From a virus, in the IMG/VR virus record IMGVR_UViG_3300027741_000002, positions 65,507 to 129,506 of that record: a stretch of 64,000 nt of DNA; one strand, written 5' to 3'. Of this stretch, positions 1 through 9,265 are shown one piece after another. Every line of letters starts with the position of its first letter. Position 1 is the stretch's first letter. The position numbers and the translations under genes were made by a program. The notes beneath the pieces are model-generated. The model made no database searches. It saw only the letters and a list, made by a program, of their open reading frames with translations, and was not told the DNA's origin.

Positions 1-1541
1 GCGCCACCACGGCCGTCTGTTCCAGGCTCAGGGATCCACCCAGATGCATGCCCGGCGATATATTTACCGTCTCCAGTTAAATACGCAAGAACTGGATAAG
101 TTCCACCGTCGCGCAATGGAAGTTCACGAGAGTAGTGTGTGTCGTTATTTGGATCACGTACCCAGCCGTCAGGAACTACATTTCCGTTAAGATCTTTATT
201 TCCAAGTGGTTGAGGCGCAGGCTTGCCTGCGTCAATTGCCTTGTTCTCCTGCATGCGCTGTTCTTGCATCTTAAGGATGTCTTGTGGGTTAATAACGTCC
301 TTAGCTGTAGCGCCAGGAATTTTACCAAGAGGAAGTTGACCTTCTGTGGCTTTTGCTTCTTGGCCAGCAATATACTTATCAAATGATGGTTCGTCCTTAG
401 ACATAGCTGCGTTAGCTTCTGCCCAGCTGCTAACTCGCGCAATAGCTTCTCCGGTTGGACGCCCATTTGCGTCTAGACGTAGTACAGAATGTGGACGCCC
501 GCTGCGGTCAATGACGACAGCGTAGTTATCGTCTGATATATACATCCCATTTTGATAGTGCCAACCGATTGGCGCGTCTTTACGTGTTGCAGTAAGCTCC
601 GCTAGCGTAGGAATATTTTTGTCGAGTTGATCTTTAAACGAAGGTTTCTCTGGAGCCGCATGTCCAGGAATACGTGCCTGGTATACCTGGGCGTTACCAC
701 TTTTAATAACATAAAGCCCTGGTCGAAGTCCAGGAACTCCTGATACTTCGATAAGTCCTGAGTCTGCAACAAGTGACGGGCCTTTAGGCGTATTCTCGAT
801 ACGAGTATCTCCGCCGGCGCCGATATAGTCTCCGCTGCCAACTTGAATTGAGCCGTCAGGCAAACGGAAACGGAAGTTAACACCGCGTCCCATTTCAACC
901 CAGCGGCCCTTCTTGTCACGCCACTGTAGAGCAACGCGTGCGCGACGAGCCGCGGACGAGTTTCCGCTGCTAAACGCTGCAATAATAGGTGAAAGGTTGT
1001 CAAGCTTAAAGTATGACGCAAGAAGAGTCTTGTTTGCATTGAGTCGAGCAAACGCATGTTCACGCTCGATAGACCCTGGCATTGCTCCGTGAGCTGAGGC
1101 AACTAGTGGACGAATAGACTCGTCGATGGAAGTATCAGCTGCAATCCACTGCGCGTTCTTTGCAAGAAATTCCTCGGCAGAAAGCGACGCGTTAAGAGAA
1201 GATAGAGGGTGGCCTGCGACTAGCAAATCTGTGTTACTTGTCTCGCTGGCTGTAAATGTCTTTGTTGCAACACTAAGGAAGCGTGATACCTCCTTGAGGA
1301 CCGCAAAGTTGCGCGCCTCGTCGTCAAGTGTTGATAGATCTGCAAGTGCACGATTCATTACGATAAGCGCGGCGCGCGGAGTTACATGACGCTCCTCGGA
1401 TACCTTAGAGTTTGCATCCTTGACGAGAGATAAGACTTGCTCATGCAAAGAGAAGACAGGTAAAAAGTTACTGTCTTTTTTCTTACGAGCTGCCTTGCGC
1501 TTGAGCATACGCTCAATCTTGTCGTTTAGAGGTGCATCCAT
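1..1541 (-). CDS. Large head-module protein, N-terminal part (appears to continue beyond the window start; absent from the ORF track)
   Basis: My translation from ATG at 1541: MDAPLNDKIERMLKRK...NTDLLVAGHPLSS...ALQWRDKKGRWVEMG. It starts 12 nt after the stop of the upstream gene. An RDxKGRW motif is common in actinophage head-associated proteins. I read about the first 240 codons; continuity to base 1 is assumed. Confidence 0.75.
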   Translation of the reverse strand, partial: MDAPLNDKIERMLKRKAARKKKDSNFLPVFSLHEQVLSLVKDANSKVSEERHVTPRAALIVMNRALADLSTLDDEARNFAVLKEVSRFLSVATKTFTASETSNTDLLVAGHPLSSLNASLSAEEFLAKNAQWIAADTSIDESIRPLVASAHGAMPGSIEREHAFARLNANKTLLASYFKLDNLSPIIAAFSSGNSSAARRARVALQWRDKKGRWVEMGRGVNFRFRLPDGSIQVGSGDYIGAGGDTRIENTPKGPSLVADSGLIEVSGVPGLRPGLYVIKSGNAQVYQARIPGHAAPEKPSFKDQLDKNIPTLAELTATRKDAPIGWHYQNGMYISDDNYAVVIDRSGRPHSVLRLDANGRPTGEAIARVSSWAEANAAMSKDEPSFDKYIAGQEAKATEGQLPLGKIPGATAKDVINPQDILKMQEQRMQENKAIDAGKPAPQPLGNKDLNGNVVPDGWVRDPNNDTHYSRELPLRDGGTYPVLAYLTGDGKYIAGHASGWIPEPGTDGRGG

Positions 1542-1552
1542 CTAGATGATAC

Positions 1553-3607
1553 CTATCCCTTACGCTTCTTTGGGAGTAAATCCGCGTCCTTAGAATCATA
1601 GAGTTTTGTCGCTAGGGTGTATGCTCGCTCAAACGGGATATCCCCGTCTCTTACACCTCGTAGCCACGCACCGCGTAGCGCAGGGATTGCCTCATAACCT
1701 AGAGATGAGTACTCGGCCATCGCATGGATAGCGTGCTCTGGTGAGCCGTATTCATCAGCAGTCTTAAGCGCAATAGATAAAAGTTCGTGCTGCATTATTG
1801 AAGCCTCAGCGCGAGAAGACTTAGGGTGAGCCTTAGGCAATAGATCATTGTCCTGCTTATAGTTTGGATTTGCAGGAGAGCCAGACTTGAGAAGTTTGAG
1901 GAACGCATTAACGCGAGCCATTGCCCAACCATCACGAGTCATACCTGGTCGGTGGCTAGACGAGAACGCGCCTGAACCTCTACGGTAAACTGCCTTTAGC
2001 ATTGGAAGGGTTGCCTTACGCCCAGGCTTCGCACCCTTGTTATGAGTTTCTACTTTAGCGCGAAGGCTTGCTTCAGTTCTTGCAGAGAAAACGATCTTCT
2101 TAGATCCTGCGGCGCTTCCTGGCTTATTTTTCTTTGAGCCGTGAATACGATCTTTCTTTGGAGCTGGGCGTGAGCCTGCAGATGTGATTGGACCTCCGAC
2201 TGCCCACGCGTTACACGTGCGTGTCGCGGCGCACTTAAAATCTAGTGCTTCGCAGTAGCCAAGATCTGCTTGCTTGATAGCTGCATCAGCATCTACTTGA
2301 CTTGAGTCTCCTTGTTCTAGTCCTTGTGCGATGCAGTCGAGCATCTTAGGTGTTTGAACAAAAAAGACACAGTTACCGCAGCGACTAGTCTTTGCCTCTT
2401 CAGGAGTTGTTTTCCACTTGTCTGCTTTTTCCTGCCAAAATTCTTCGTTAGGCTCGTTTGGATTCAACGGGCCATAGCCCACGTTGTCAATTGCGTTTTG
2501 ACGATTCTTTAAGTTAACTTGAATATCCTGAGTCGCGACAGGGCATGCATCACCTTCACCTGCAGCAACGATAACTTCTCCGTCACCGTTATCTGCTCCG
2601 TCAACGTTAACTACACCGTCAGGGATAACAGCAAAGCGGCACTTGCCGTCGTCTTCAATAGTAGGTGCGATAATCTTGCAAACGCCAGGACCGTCATACA
2701 GGACACAGTTGACGCACTTAACACCGATCTCCTTGTACTCGTTTTCAGCCGCAGGAGTGTACCCTGCCCAGATGCCTGTCTCGTCTTCGTTAAACTTTCC
2801 GTACTTGTCCGCGATCTCTAGTAGAGCTGCTGCAAGATCCTGCTCTTCGGCAACGATAACTCCTGCTGCTTGAAGAGCTTCAACCCGCTGCTCTTGAAAA
2901 GAGAAATACATATCCTGCGAGGTATACTGTCCGTACTCGTCTGCAGACAGACATTGATTACACACACAACCGGAGTCACATAGACATGTTCCTCCGTCAC
3001 ATCCTGGACATACACAGCCAGCTGGTCCACAAAGTGGGCAGCCGTCTGCGTCGTCCATAAGCTGCTCAACAACAGGAGTGTCTCCTGCGTCTAAAAGTTC
3101 AGCAGCTTCAGATTTTCCCGGCATACCGGAATCTGTAGGTGTTAAATATGCGCCAATCTGCCAACGCCACTTCTTGTGCATGTCATCACGGTCTGCGAGG
3201 AAGTTGATAACTCCCTGCTCGTTGTATTTAGCAGCAAGATCAAGGGCTTGTCCGATAACTGCAATCATTACATCGTTAGCTGCGTAGAGATCTGCTAGCA
3301 TGGAGAATGGGTCGTCTGTAACGTCCATATCCTGTGTCTGGTTAAGATCAATAAAGTCTTGAAGCTTGTAAGGAGCATCATGACCCATCTTTAGCATAAG
3401 CTCTGCCGTAGGATCGATAGACTCGTAGAGATCCTCGTAGATCTCTTGGAAAAACTCGTGAAACTCTGCAAAGTCGCGTCCCTTTACGTTCCAGTGATGG
3501 CCGTGCGTCTTAAAGTACATAGTTACTACGCTGCCTAGAACTACAGCAATCGAGCTGCTAAGCTCCGATCTGTCGGTATTAGTGTCTATGTTTTGATTTT
3601 CGTACAT
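1553..3607 (-). CDS. Multidomain protein: Dps/ferritin-like domain + metallothionein-like Cys cluster + two HiPIP-like Cys domains + DUF5824-like C-terminal domain
   Basis: Dps signature YFKTHGHHWNVKGRDFAEFHEFF...IDPTAE. Ten Cys in 30 aa. CVNC..C..C and CGNC..C..C..CNAW modules. C-terminal AVYRRGSGAFSSSHRPGMTRDGWAMARVNAFL. Confidence 0.8.
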   Translation of the reverse strand: MYENQNIDTNTDRSELSSSIAVVLGSVVTMYFKTHGHHWNVKGRDFAEFHEFFQEIYEDLYESIDPTAELMLKMGHDAPYKLQDFIDLNQTQDMDVTDDPFSMLADLYAANDVMIAVIGQALDLAAKYNEQGVINFLADRDDMHKKWRWQIGAYLTPTDSGMPGKSEAAELLDAGDTPVVEQLMDDADGCPLCGPAGCVCPGCDGGTCLCDSGCVCNQCLSADEYGQYTSQDMYFSFQEQRVEALQAAGVIVAEEQDLAAALLEIADKYGKFNEDETGIWAGYTPAAENEYKEIGVKCVNCVLYDGPGVCKIIAPTIEDDGKCRFAVIPDGVVNVDGADNGDGEVIVAAGEGDACPVATQDIQVNLKNRQNAIDNVGYGPLNPNEPNEEFWQEKADKWKTTPEEAKTSRCGNCVFFVQTPKMLDCIAQGLEQGDSSQVDADAAIKQADLGYCEALDFKCAATRTCNAWAVGGPITSAGSRPAPKKDRIHGSKKNKPGSAAGSKKIVFSARTEASLRAKVETHNKGAKPGRKATLPMLKAVYRRGSGAFSSSHRPGMTRDGWAMARVNAFLKLLKSGSPANPNYKQDNDLLPKAHPKSSRAEASIMQHELLSIALKTADEYGSPEHAIHAMAEYSSLGYEAIPALRGAWLRGVRDGDIPFERAYTLATKLYDSKDADLLPKKRKG

Positions 3608-3609
3608 TG

Positions 3610-5334
3610 CTACGCTCCTTCTTGTAGAGCCGGTGGTAGTGGTGGTTCAGGTGTTGCAGTTGGAGCAGGGGCAACGGGTGTTGCTTTGTCCAAAATCTGT
3701 TGAATCTCTGGAGGTACTGGCGCGGCAGACTCTGCCTGTTGCGCTTCACGCACAGACTTCATAATCTCTGGAGCGATAGCTCCAATCATGGCCTGGGTAA
3801 GCTCTTGTGAAAGAACGCCCTTCTCTACAAGAAGACGAATTGCAAGTTCATTCGCGTCCGGCGCATCGGTAGCTGCAAATCCGTGAGCGCGACGCCATGC
3901 GTCATAGGAGACTGCCATCTTGTCAAAGCCCATGTCAGCATCTGCCGCGCGGTCGTTACGTGTTGAAACTGCGCTTGGGTCATACCAGATGCATACACGG
4001 GCTACGTCCTCCTCTACGAAGCCTGCAGCAAGGAGCGCAGGTCGTAGGTAGGCAACTGTAAGAGAATCCGCGATAAGAAGCATGAGAGGCTCGATATGCG
4101 CCTTGTACAAGTTATCATCGATAGTCTGGGCGTTAGTGTACTTAACGTTTGCTAAACCGGTAATAATATCCTTAGGCACATCAAGCCCTTGAAGGATACG
4201 GTCAAGTACCTTATCGGAGCGATCTGCAAGTGCAGGGTCAAACGAGCGCTCAAACTTAAACTGCTTAATTTTGTCGCCAAGCTCTGCAGGTCCGCGAATA
4301 ATAAGTGGAACAACCGCTGAAGCCGAGTCCTCGTCACGAATCGGAGTCGTCATCGCATCCATGAGTTGATCTTCAAACTCGTCGGCTGCTTCCTCCGCGG
4401 TCATGCCAGGATTGAGATCATTCTCGTCATCATACGGATAGTCAGGATCTGGAGACGCGGCAACAGAGAGACCGTCTGGGAGATAGAGAGCGCCAGCGTT
4501 TAGACGTGAGCGAGCTGTCGCGCGGAACGTACGGTTGAGCAAAAGTAGCTCTGAGCAAAGATCAAGTAGACCGCGTAATGATGAATCAGCCTCGTCTGAG
4601 TAGCGTGGGTGAGCTCTCCAGATACGAGCAACAAACGCTGTGTTAGGAAGTTTAACTCCGTTTGCGCCGGAGCGTGAAGACTGCGTTCCAATAATGTCGC
4701 GGCGTGGAATAACAACGTATGAATTCTTAGAGTCTAGCTGCAACTCGTCTGTTGAGCGAATATCCCAGGACTCCTTAAGTCCTGAGCCCTTACGCTCGGG
4801 GAATTGAACAAGATAGCACTCGCCACTGACTAATAAGTTAAGAGCTGCATCCTTCAAAAGACCAGCTTGTCCGCCATACGCGGAGCTTAGACGCGCGAGG
4901 GCACGTTCAGCTGCGGCCGCGAGACGTGTATCAACTACCTCGCTGATGTTTACAGAGACAGGGTTCTCTCCGGCGTTATCAATAGCTCCTGCGTATAAAC
5001 GGATACGAGATACTACAGATGAAACAAGATTAAAGGCGTACTTGATCTCTCCGATTGCGTCGTAGTATTCCCATGCCTCGGACTGCCAGTCGCTGGATCC
5101 TCCGGAGCGGCGTTGCTTAAACTTCTCAACTTCGCCCTTGTCGTTAATCTGTAACTGAACTGCGGCGGCTGTAAGAGAGCGAGGAGCAGAGTAAGGAAGT
5201 GCCTGGGCATAGGTCTTGCCGTCAAAAACTACTGTCGCAGGCAGAGTGTTACGAGGCGCCTGTGCGGTGATACGACGAGTACGGGCAGGGTTGCCTTTAG
5301 GCTTCTTACTATTATCCTTAGAGAATAGTCCCAC
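3610..5334 (-). CDS. Portal protein (actinophage type)
   Basis: DWQSEAWEYYDAIGEIKYAFNLVSSVVSRIRLYAG, IWRAHPRYSDEADS, SAVVPLIIRGP; 574 aa; downstream of the terminase in the same orientation. Confidence 0.85.
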   Translation of the reverse strand: MGLFSKDNSKKPKGNPARTRRITAQAPRNTLPATVVFDGKTYAQALPYSAPRSLTAAAVQLQINDKGEVEKFKQRRSGGSSDWQSEAWEYYDAIGEIKYAFNLVSSVVSRIRLYAGAIDNAGENPVSVNISEVVDTRLAAAAERALARLSSAYGGQAGLLKDAALNLLVSGECYLVQFPERKGSGLKESWDIRSTDELQLDSKNSYVVIPRRDIIGTQSSRSGANGVKLPNTAFVARIWRAHPRYSDEADSSLRGLLDLCSELLLLNRTFRATARSRLNAGALYLPDGLSVAASPDPDYPYDDENDLNPGMTAEEAADEFEDQLMDAMTTPIRDEDSASAVVPLIIRGPAELGDKIKQFKFERSFDPALADRSDKVLDRILQGLDVPKDIITGLANVKYTNAQTIDDNLYKAHIEPLMLLIADSLTVAYLRPALLAAGFVEEDVARVCIWYDPSAVSTRNDRAADADMGFDKMAVSYDAWRRAHGFAATDAPDANELAIRLLVEKGVLSQELTQAMIGAIAPEIMKSVREAQQAESAAPVPPEIQQILDKATPVAPAPTATPEPPLPPALQEGA

Positions 5335-5373
5335 GTGTTACTCCTCGTCGTTGGCTAACGGAGCGTCGAATCA

Positions 5374-5682
5374 TTACTGATCCAGGCGCGCAGTTATAAG
5401 TCCTGCTATAGCGGACAGGGTAAATATACACCCAATTAGAATAGTTATACTTGGAAATAGAGCGTACGAGAACACAATCGGGAGCGCAACCCACATCGAG
5501 ACGCACCAAGGGCATGTAAAGAAATATCCGATTTGAGAAGAGCGCGGAGGCTTACGGTCCCAGATCCAGTCACGGACTGGAGCTAGGACTTCATCTAAGA
5601 CGATGAGCCGTGTCAATCGGTAGACGAATAAGGCAAGGATGATTACGTGCAAGACAGACATCTTTTCTATCACTGAGTTCAT
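5374..5682 (-). CDS. DUF1360-like membrane protein
   Basis: YRLTRLIVLDEVLAPVRDWI...FFTCPWCVSMWVA; start chosen at the ATGA overlap with the upstream stop. Confidence 0.8.
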   Translation of the reverse strand: MNSVIEKMSVLHVIILALFVYRLTRLIVLDEVLAPVRDWIWDRKPPRSSQIGYFFTCPWCVSMWVALPIVFSYALFPSITILIGCIFTLSAIAGLITARLDQ

Positions 5683-6071
5683 TCGGTAGGGTCCTTTACT
5701 GAGTCCATTGTTATGTAAGGGCTCCAAGATCGCAGTCTGCTGCCGCAGGTTGAGCAACCTTGGGTCTTACGAAACGCTATAATCTTCCCTGACTCCATAA
5801 GTGCCTGGGAATCCTGTGTCTTACTTCCTGACCAGTTAAAAAGTGAAATTTTCTCGCGAAAGATTAAGCGCGGTCCTTCGTGGTGATCCGCCGCTATCAT
5901 GATGATCTGCTCGTTAAAGTTGTTCTCAAGAATCACGACGCGAACACGCTCGAAATACTTGTTGCCGCTAGGCACGTCCTCGCGGTTTGTCGTCACCGTC
6001 ATAAAGTCCTGGACGATACCAGGCGCAACCGCAACTATGGTTGCAGGGAAGAAATCATGAAGAACCTTCAT
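5679..6071 (-). CDS. Hypothetical protein with C-terminal CxxCG
   Basis: ATGA-coupled to both neighbours; GCSTCGSRLRSW. Confidence 0.7.
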   Translation of the reverse strand: MKVLHDFFPATIVAVAPGIVQDFMTVTTNREDVPSGNKYFERVRVVILENNFNEQIIMIAADHHEGPRLIFREKISLFNWSGSKTQDSQALMESGKIIAFRKTQGCSTCGSRLRSWSPYITMDSVKDPTE

Positions 6072-6559
6072 TGTGTAAGTGCCTTATCTACTCTACGTTT
6101 CATCGCACGATAGGTAACTCCTGAAGCACGAGCTAACTCAGACACGGTAACACCTTTGTTGTAGAGAAGTCCTGCGATGCTAGTAAGCTCCTGATTCGCG
6201 GTGAAAGAAACGGATGAAGGATTTGTCCTTGCGCGGAAGCGCCGAGCAACGGGTGACAGGCGCGCGATGTGCAACTGCTCGTGGAGCGGGATTCCTGGAG
6301 ACCTTGGACGTTTACGTCTAGACTTTGCCTTGGGCTGAGGCGGGGTAGGGGTCGCGGTGATAAACTCGAACTCAGGCGTATCCTTGATAACCCAACTGCG
6401 AATCGTTGAGCGACGACGCGGTGGCGAGAATGCGTCCGCAATGGACTGAAGGGTCCAGCCTGCATCGTTCAGATCTTTTACACGACGCCAGAGTTGCTCC
6501 TTAGAGAGGGAGGCTAGGAATTCAGCTTCGCTCTTTGGGAGATCGGGTGTATGCGCCAT
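6068..6559 (-). CDS. Tandem helix-turn-helix DNA-binding protein
   Basis: AGWTLQSIADAF and KGVTVSELARASGVTYRAMKRRV; paralog of 14946..15548. Confidence 0.75.
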   Translation of the reverse strand: MAHTPDLPKSEAEFLASLSKEQLWRRVKDLNDAGWTLQSIADAFSPPRRRSTIRSWVIKDTPEFEFITATPTPPQPKAKSRRKRPRSPGIPLHEQLHIARLSPVARRFRARTNPSSVSFTANQELTSIAGLLYNKGVTVSELARASGVTYRAMKRRVDKALTQ

Positions 6560-6586
6560 GAGAATAATGTATCATCTTTGAAGACG

Positions 6587-6624
6587 AATGTGTACAAACT
6601 GCGCTTATAGTAATGTGTACAAAC
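6587..6624. repeat. 13-bp direct repeat AATGTGTACAAAC x2 (candidate operator)
   Basis: Exact copies at 6587-6599 and 6612-6624, just upstream of the HTH gene promoter. Confidence 0.7.
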
Positions 6625-6791
6625 GAAGCAGAAACAGTACCTTTTGGTTAAAATGGCTTGGAGGTGAGAAAGGGTTACGTATAGGTGTGGGCAGTCCGCG
6701 AGTTGTCTCCAAGCTTTTTTTAGTTTGCCTTGTGAAAGTAAGAAAGACCAATACTCGTTATAAGTATTGGTCTTCCTTTTGTGAAGAAGAT

Positions 6792-7286
6792 CTAGAGTAC
6801 TACGCGTACGTGTACGTCCCCTTCAAAGATCTTAATAAAGGTATCAGCGTCTACAGAGCCTGTGACGTCCATTCCTTTGTCAGCCTGGAACTCCTTGATT
6901 GAAGCTACAGTCTCATCGCCTAACCAACCATCCTTGTCAGCGTCAGCGTCCTTGTAACCAAGTTCGATGAGTCGACGTTGTAGATGATGTACTGTCAATG
7001 ACTTGCGTGCATAGACATTTTTGTAGATACAGTTAGCAAGGAGTACGTCGTCGACGTCTTCTCCACTGACTGCTTGACTTGGCTGATATGTAACCTTAGT
7101 CTCTTCAATAGCTACAGGTTCAGGCATAGGCTCAGGCATAGGCTCATCAGCAATTACTTGCTCAGGCTCTACGTCAGGAGCTTGCACTTCTTCCTCAACT
7201 ACTTCTACAGCTTCATCTTCAGCCACAGCAATATCTTCTGTGTCATCGATGTCGCCCGCAGGTTCGATGTTTGTTTCTTCAGTCAT
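6792..7286 (-). CDS. Peptidoglycan-binding domain protein with acidic N-terminus
   Basis: VHHLQRRLIELGY..DGWLGDETVASIKEFQADKGMDVTGSVDADT matches the PG_binding_1 pattern. Confidence 0.8.
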   Translation of the reverse strand: MTEETNIEPAGDIDDTEDIAVAEDEAVEVVEEEVQAPDVEPEQVIADEPMPEPMPEPVAIEETKVTYQPSQAVSGEDVDDVLLANCIYKNVYARKSLTVHHLQRRLIELGYKDADADKDGWLGDETVASIKEFQADKGMDVTGSVDADTFIKIFEGDVHVRVVL

Positions 7287-7312
7287 GTGAATACTATATT
7301 CCTATCTTGTGA

Positions 7313-7885
7313 TTATGACTTAGGGTATTGGGTTATCCACAAGGTCACCGCAGGCTCTGCCGCAGATCCATCGTAGGCATTAGGACCTAAGCCCCATGAA
7401 CCCCAGTCCTTACCTCCAGCAGTCATGTAGTAAGCAGCCTTAGCGTTTGCTACAGGGTCAAGTAGATCAGCATGTTTAGTGATGCCTACCCTGTCCTGAA
7501 ACTTAGCTAGACGGTCTACGCCTAGACTACCGATCATGTTGATTTGGAATAGGCCGTATGAATTGTCGCCAGTGCTGGCGTTCACGTTGTGAGAAGTGGG
7601 ATGTCCACGTGACTCACGCATGGCAACTGCCCATGCAGTCTTGAGAGCCTTGCCCTCAAAGCCAACAGCCGCAAGCAGCTCTACAAGCTCTTGGCTTGTT
7701 AGCTCTACCGCGTTCTTATATTTAACTAGTGGGTCTACCACGACAGGCGCGGTAACCATTAGTTCTTTTGTATTGATGTCGTCGGCGTAGCTGCTCACCA
7801 TAGTGAGCGAGAATACACCAATTGTTAGTGCCGTAATATAGGCTACGGTCGACATTGCTATTCCACGTATTGTGAGTTTTTGCAA
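7313..7885 (-). CDS. Exported lytic transglycosylase (SLT/lysozyme-like)
   Basis: N-terminal hydrophobic segment; AVAMRESRG (catalytic Glu); DNSYGLFQINM; LLDPVANAKAA; AAGGAGG RBS before the TTG start. Confidence 0.85.
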   Translation of the reverse strand: MQKLTIRGIAMSTVAYITALTIGVFSLTMVSSYADDINTKELMVTAPVVVDPLVKYKNAVELTSQELVELLAAVGFEGKALKTAWAVAMRESRGHPTSHNVNASTGDNSYGLFQINMIGSLGVDRLAKFQDRVGITKHADLLDPVANAKAAYYMTAGGKDWGSWGLGPNAYDGSAAEPAVTLWITQYPKS

Positions 7886-8302
7886 CGCTAGTTCGCCTCC
7901 TTAGGTCGGGGATGGGACAACCCATTGAGTTTCCAATGAGCTTCTTGCTACCGCTATGCTTCTCAAGCTCGCGCTTGTCCTCTACCGCTTGCATAGGGCC
8001 GGAGATAAAAAGGGATAACATTGTTAGTCCTTTCGTCTCTCCGTAGTAGGCTGTTTGCCTGGTGTTAATAATACCACATAGAAAGAGAAACAGGCACCCG
8101 TAGGTGCCCGTTACCCGCTACTTTTTTGCTATACGGTCTGAGCTAGCCCAGCCCAGGCAATCGCAGATAACCCTAGGGCTAAGGCAAGGACGCCTTTATC
8201 CGGGGTTAGAAGCGCAGTGAGTATGGACAGGATGGAAAGGACAGCTGATATAACAGCAGGCCAAATTAGGCTCTGCAGTGTAAGCATTAGTCTATCCATG
8301 GA

Positions 8303-8488
8303 TTACTTGACCTTACGGGTTTTACCCTTGAGTCTATCGGAGGTATTGCGAATAGGAGTCCCCGAGTCCGCGATGAGCTTACGAGCCTTACCGTATGTGA
8401 TTGATAGCTCTTTAGCTACTTCGTCTACAGACTTCCCTGCGCTATAGAGCGCGGCTGCTTGGTTTGGTGTAACTGTTGCTGTTGTCAT
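8303..8488 (-). CDS. Small HTH DNA-binding protein
   Basis: LYSAGKSVDEVAKELSITYGKARKLIADSGTPIR. Confidence 0.75.
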   Translation of the reverse strand: MTTATVTPNQAAALYSAGKSVDEVAKELSITYGKARKLIADSGTPIRNTSDRLKGKTRKVK

Positions 8489-8555
8489 TGTTTTCCTCTC
8501 GTATGTACGTAATCACACTGTATGATTATGCATTTAATTGAGCGTATGGTACTGC

Positions 8556-9008
8556 TCAAGATTTCTTGCTCTTTACAGGCTTTGGCGGGATCTTCCCATG
8601 CTTGTCGCAAAGGGAACGTCCATTCCACGGTCCACGTGGTTTTATGTTGTTATCGCAGTCTGTGCCGTAACCAGCTGCGTCACATTTAATTTTAGTTCCT
8701 TGAGTAAAGTTATTGACCAGCGAAACGATTGCCCGCTTGACAATAGAGCTATCAACCGCAAATCCATTTTCCTGGTGGCATGACCAACACAGGTATTCGT
8801 TTCTGCGATGTGATGGATCTCGGACTGCGTTTCCCGCTCCACATTTATCACACGGCGTAACCCTTTTTACAGTTCTTGCTTTGTCCCTGTAGTGCTCTGC
8901 ACAGAGTAGTTGTTCACCACACTCGTAGACGAGAACGTTTTGTTCTCCGCATTGCTGGCAGTTGTCGTAGACGTATATCTTGTCTCGCTGGACGGTTCCC
9001 TGTGTCAT
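8556..9008 (-). CDS. Cys/His-rich zinc-finger-like protein
   Basis: CQQC..CAEH, CDKC..CWSCH, C..C..CDKH. Confidence 0.65.
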   Translation of the reverse strand: MTQGTVQRDKIYVYDNCQQCGEQNVLVYECGEQLLCAEHYRDKARTVKRVTPCDKCGAGNAVRDPSHRRNEYLCWSCHQENGFAVDSSIVKRAIVSLVNNFTQGTKIKCDAAGYGTDCDNNIKPRGPWNGRSLCDKHGKIPPKPVKSKKS

Positions 9009-9052
9009 AGCTAGATCCTAATCCTTATTCGGTATCTTGTAAACTATTAACC

Positions 9053-9265
9053 CTATTTCTCACTGGACCCCCACTGAACGCGAGGTTCACCACGGAGAAT
9101 CGAGGCTGAACAGTCTGAATGGTTAATGTGAAACGGGGCAAGACGAAGAACCGACTTACCTACCTTTGGCATCTGGTCAAACGGCTGTGACTCGTAGATG
9201 TAGTGTCCACATTTGGAACAGATTTCGTACGTGTCAGCTGTGCGCTTGACGGGCTTGCCTAACAT
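9053..9265 (-). CDS. Hypothetical protein (CSKC)
   Basis: TAATG-coupled to the upstream gene. Confidence 0.55.
   Translation of the reverse strand: MLGKPVKRTADTYEICSKCGHYIYESQPFDQMPKVGKSVLRLAPFHINHSDCSASILRGEPRVQWGSSEK

Noticed and set aside
135-1389. Short ORFs in the track (135..386, 176..466, 602..1102, 1126..1389)
   Set aside because: They are shadows of the long minus-strand frame starting at 1541.
7886-8060. c-di-AMP (ydaO) riboswitch upstream of the transglycosylase
   Set aside because: Expected by analogy with actinobacterial rpf genes, but I could not find the conserved GCTGAATCC or CCCGTCAGCTAAC-type elements.
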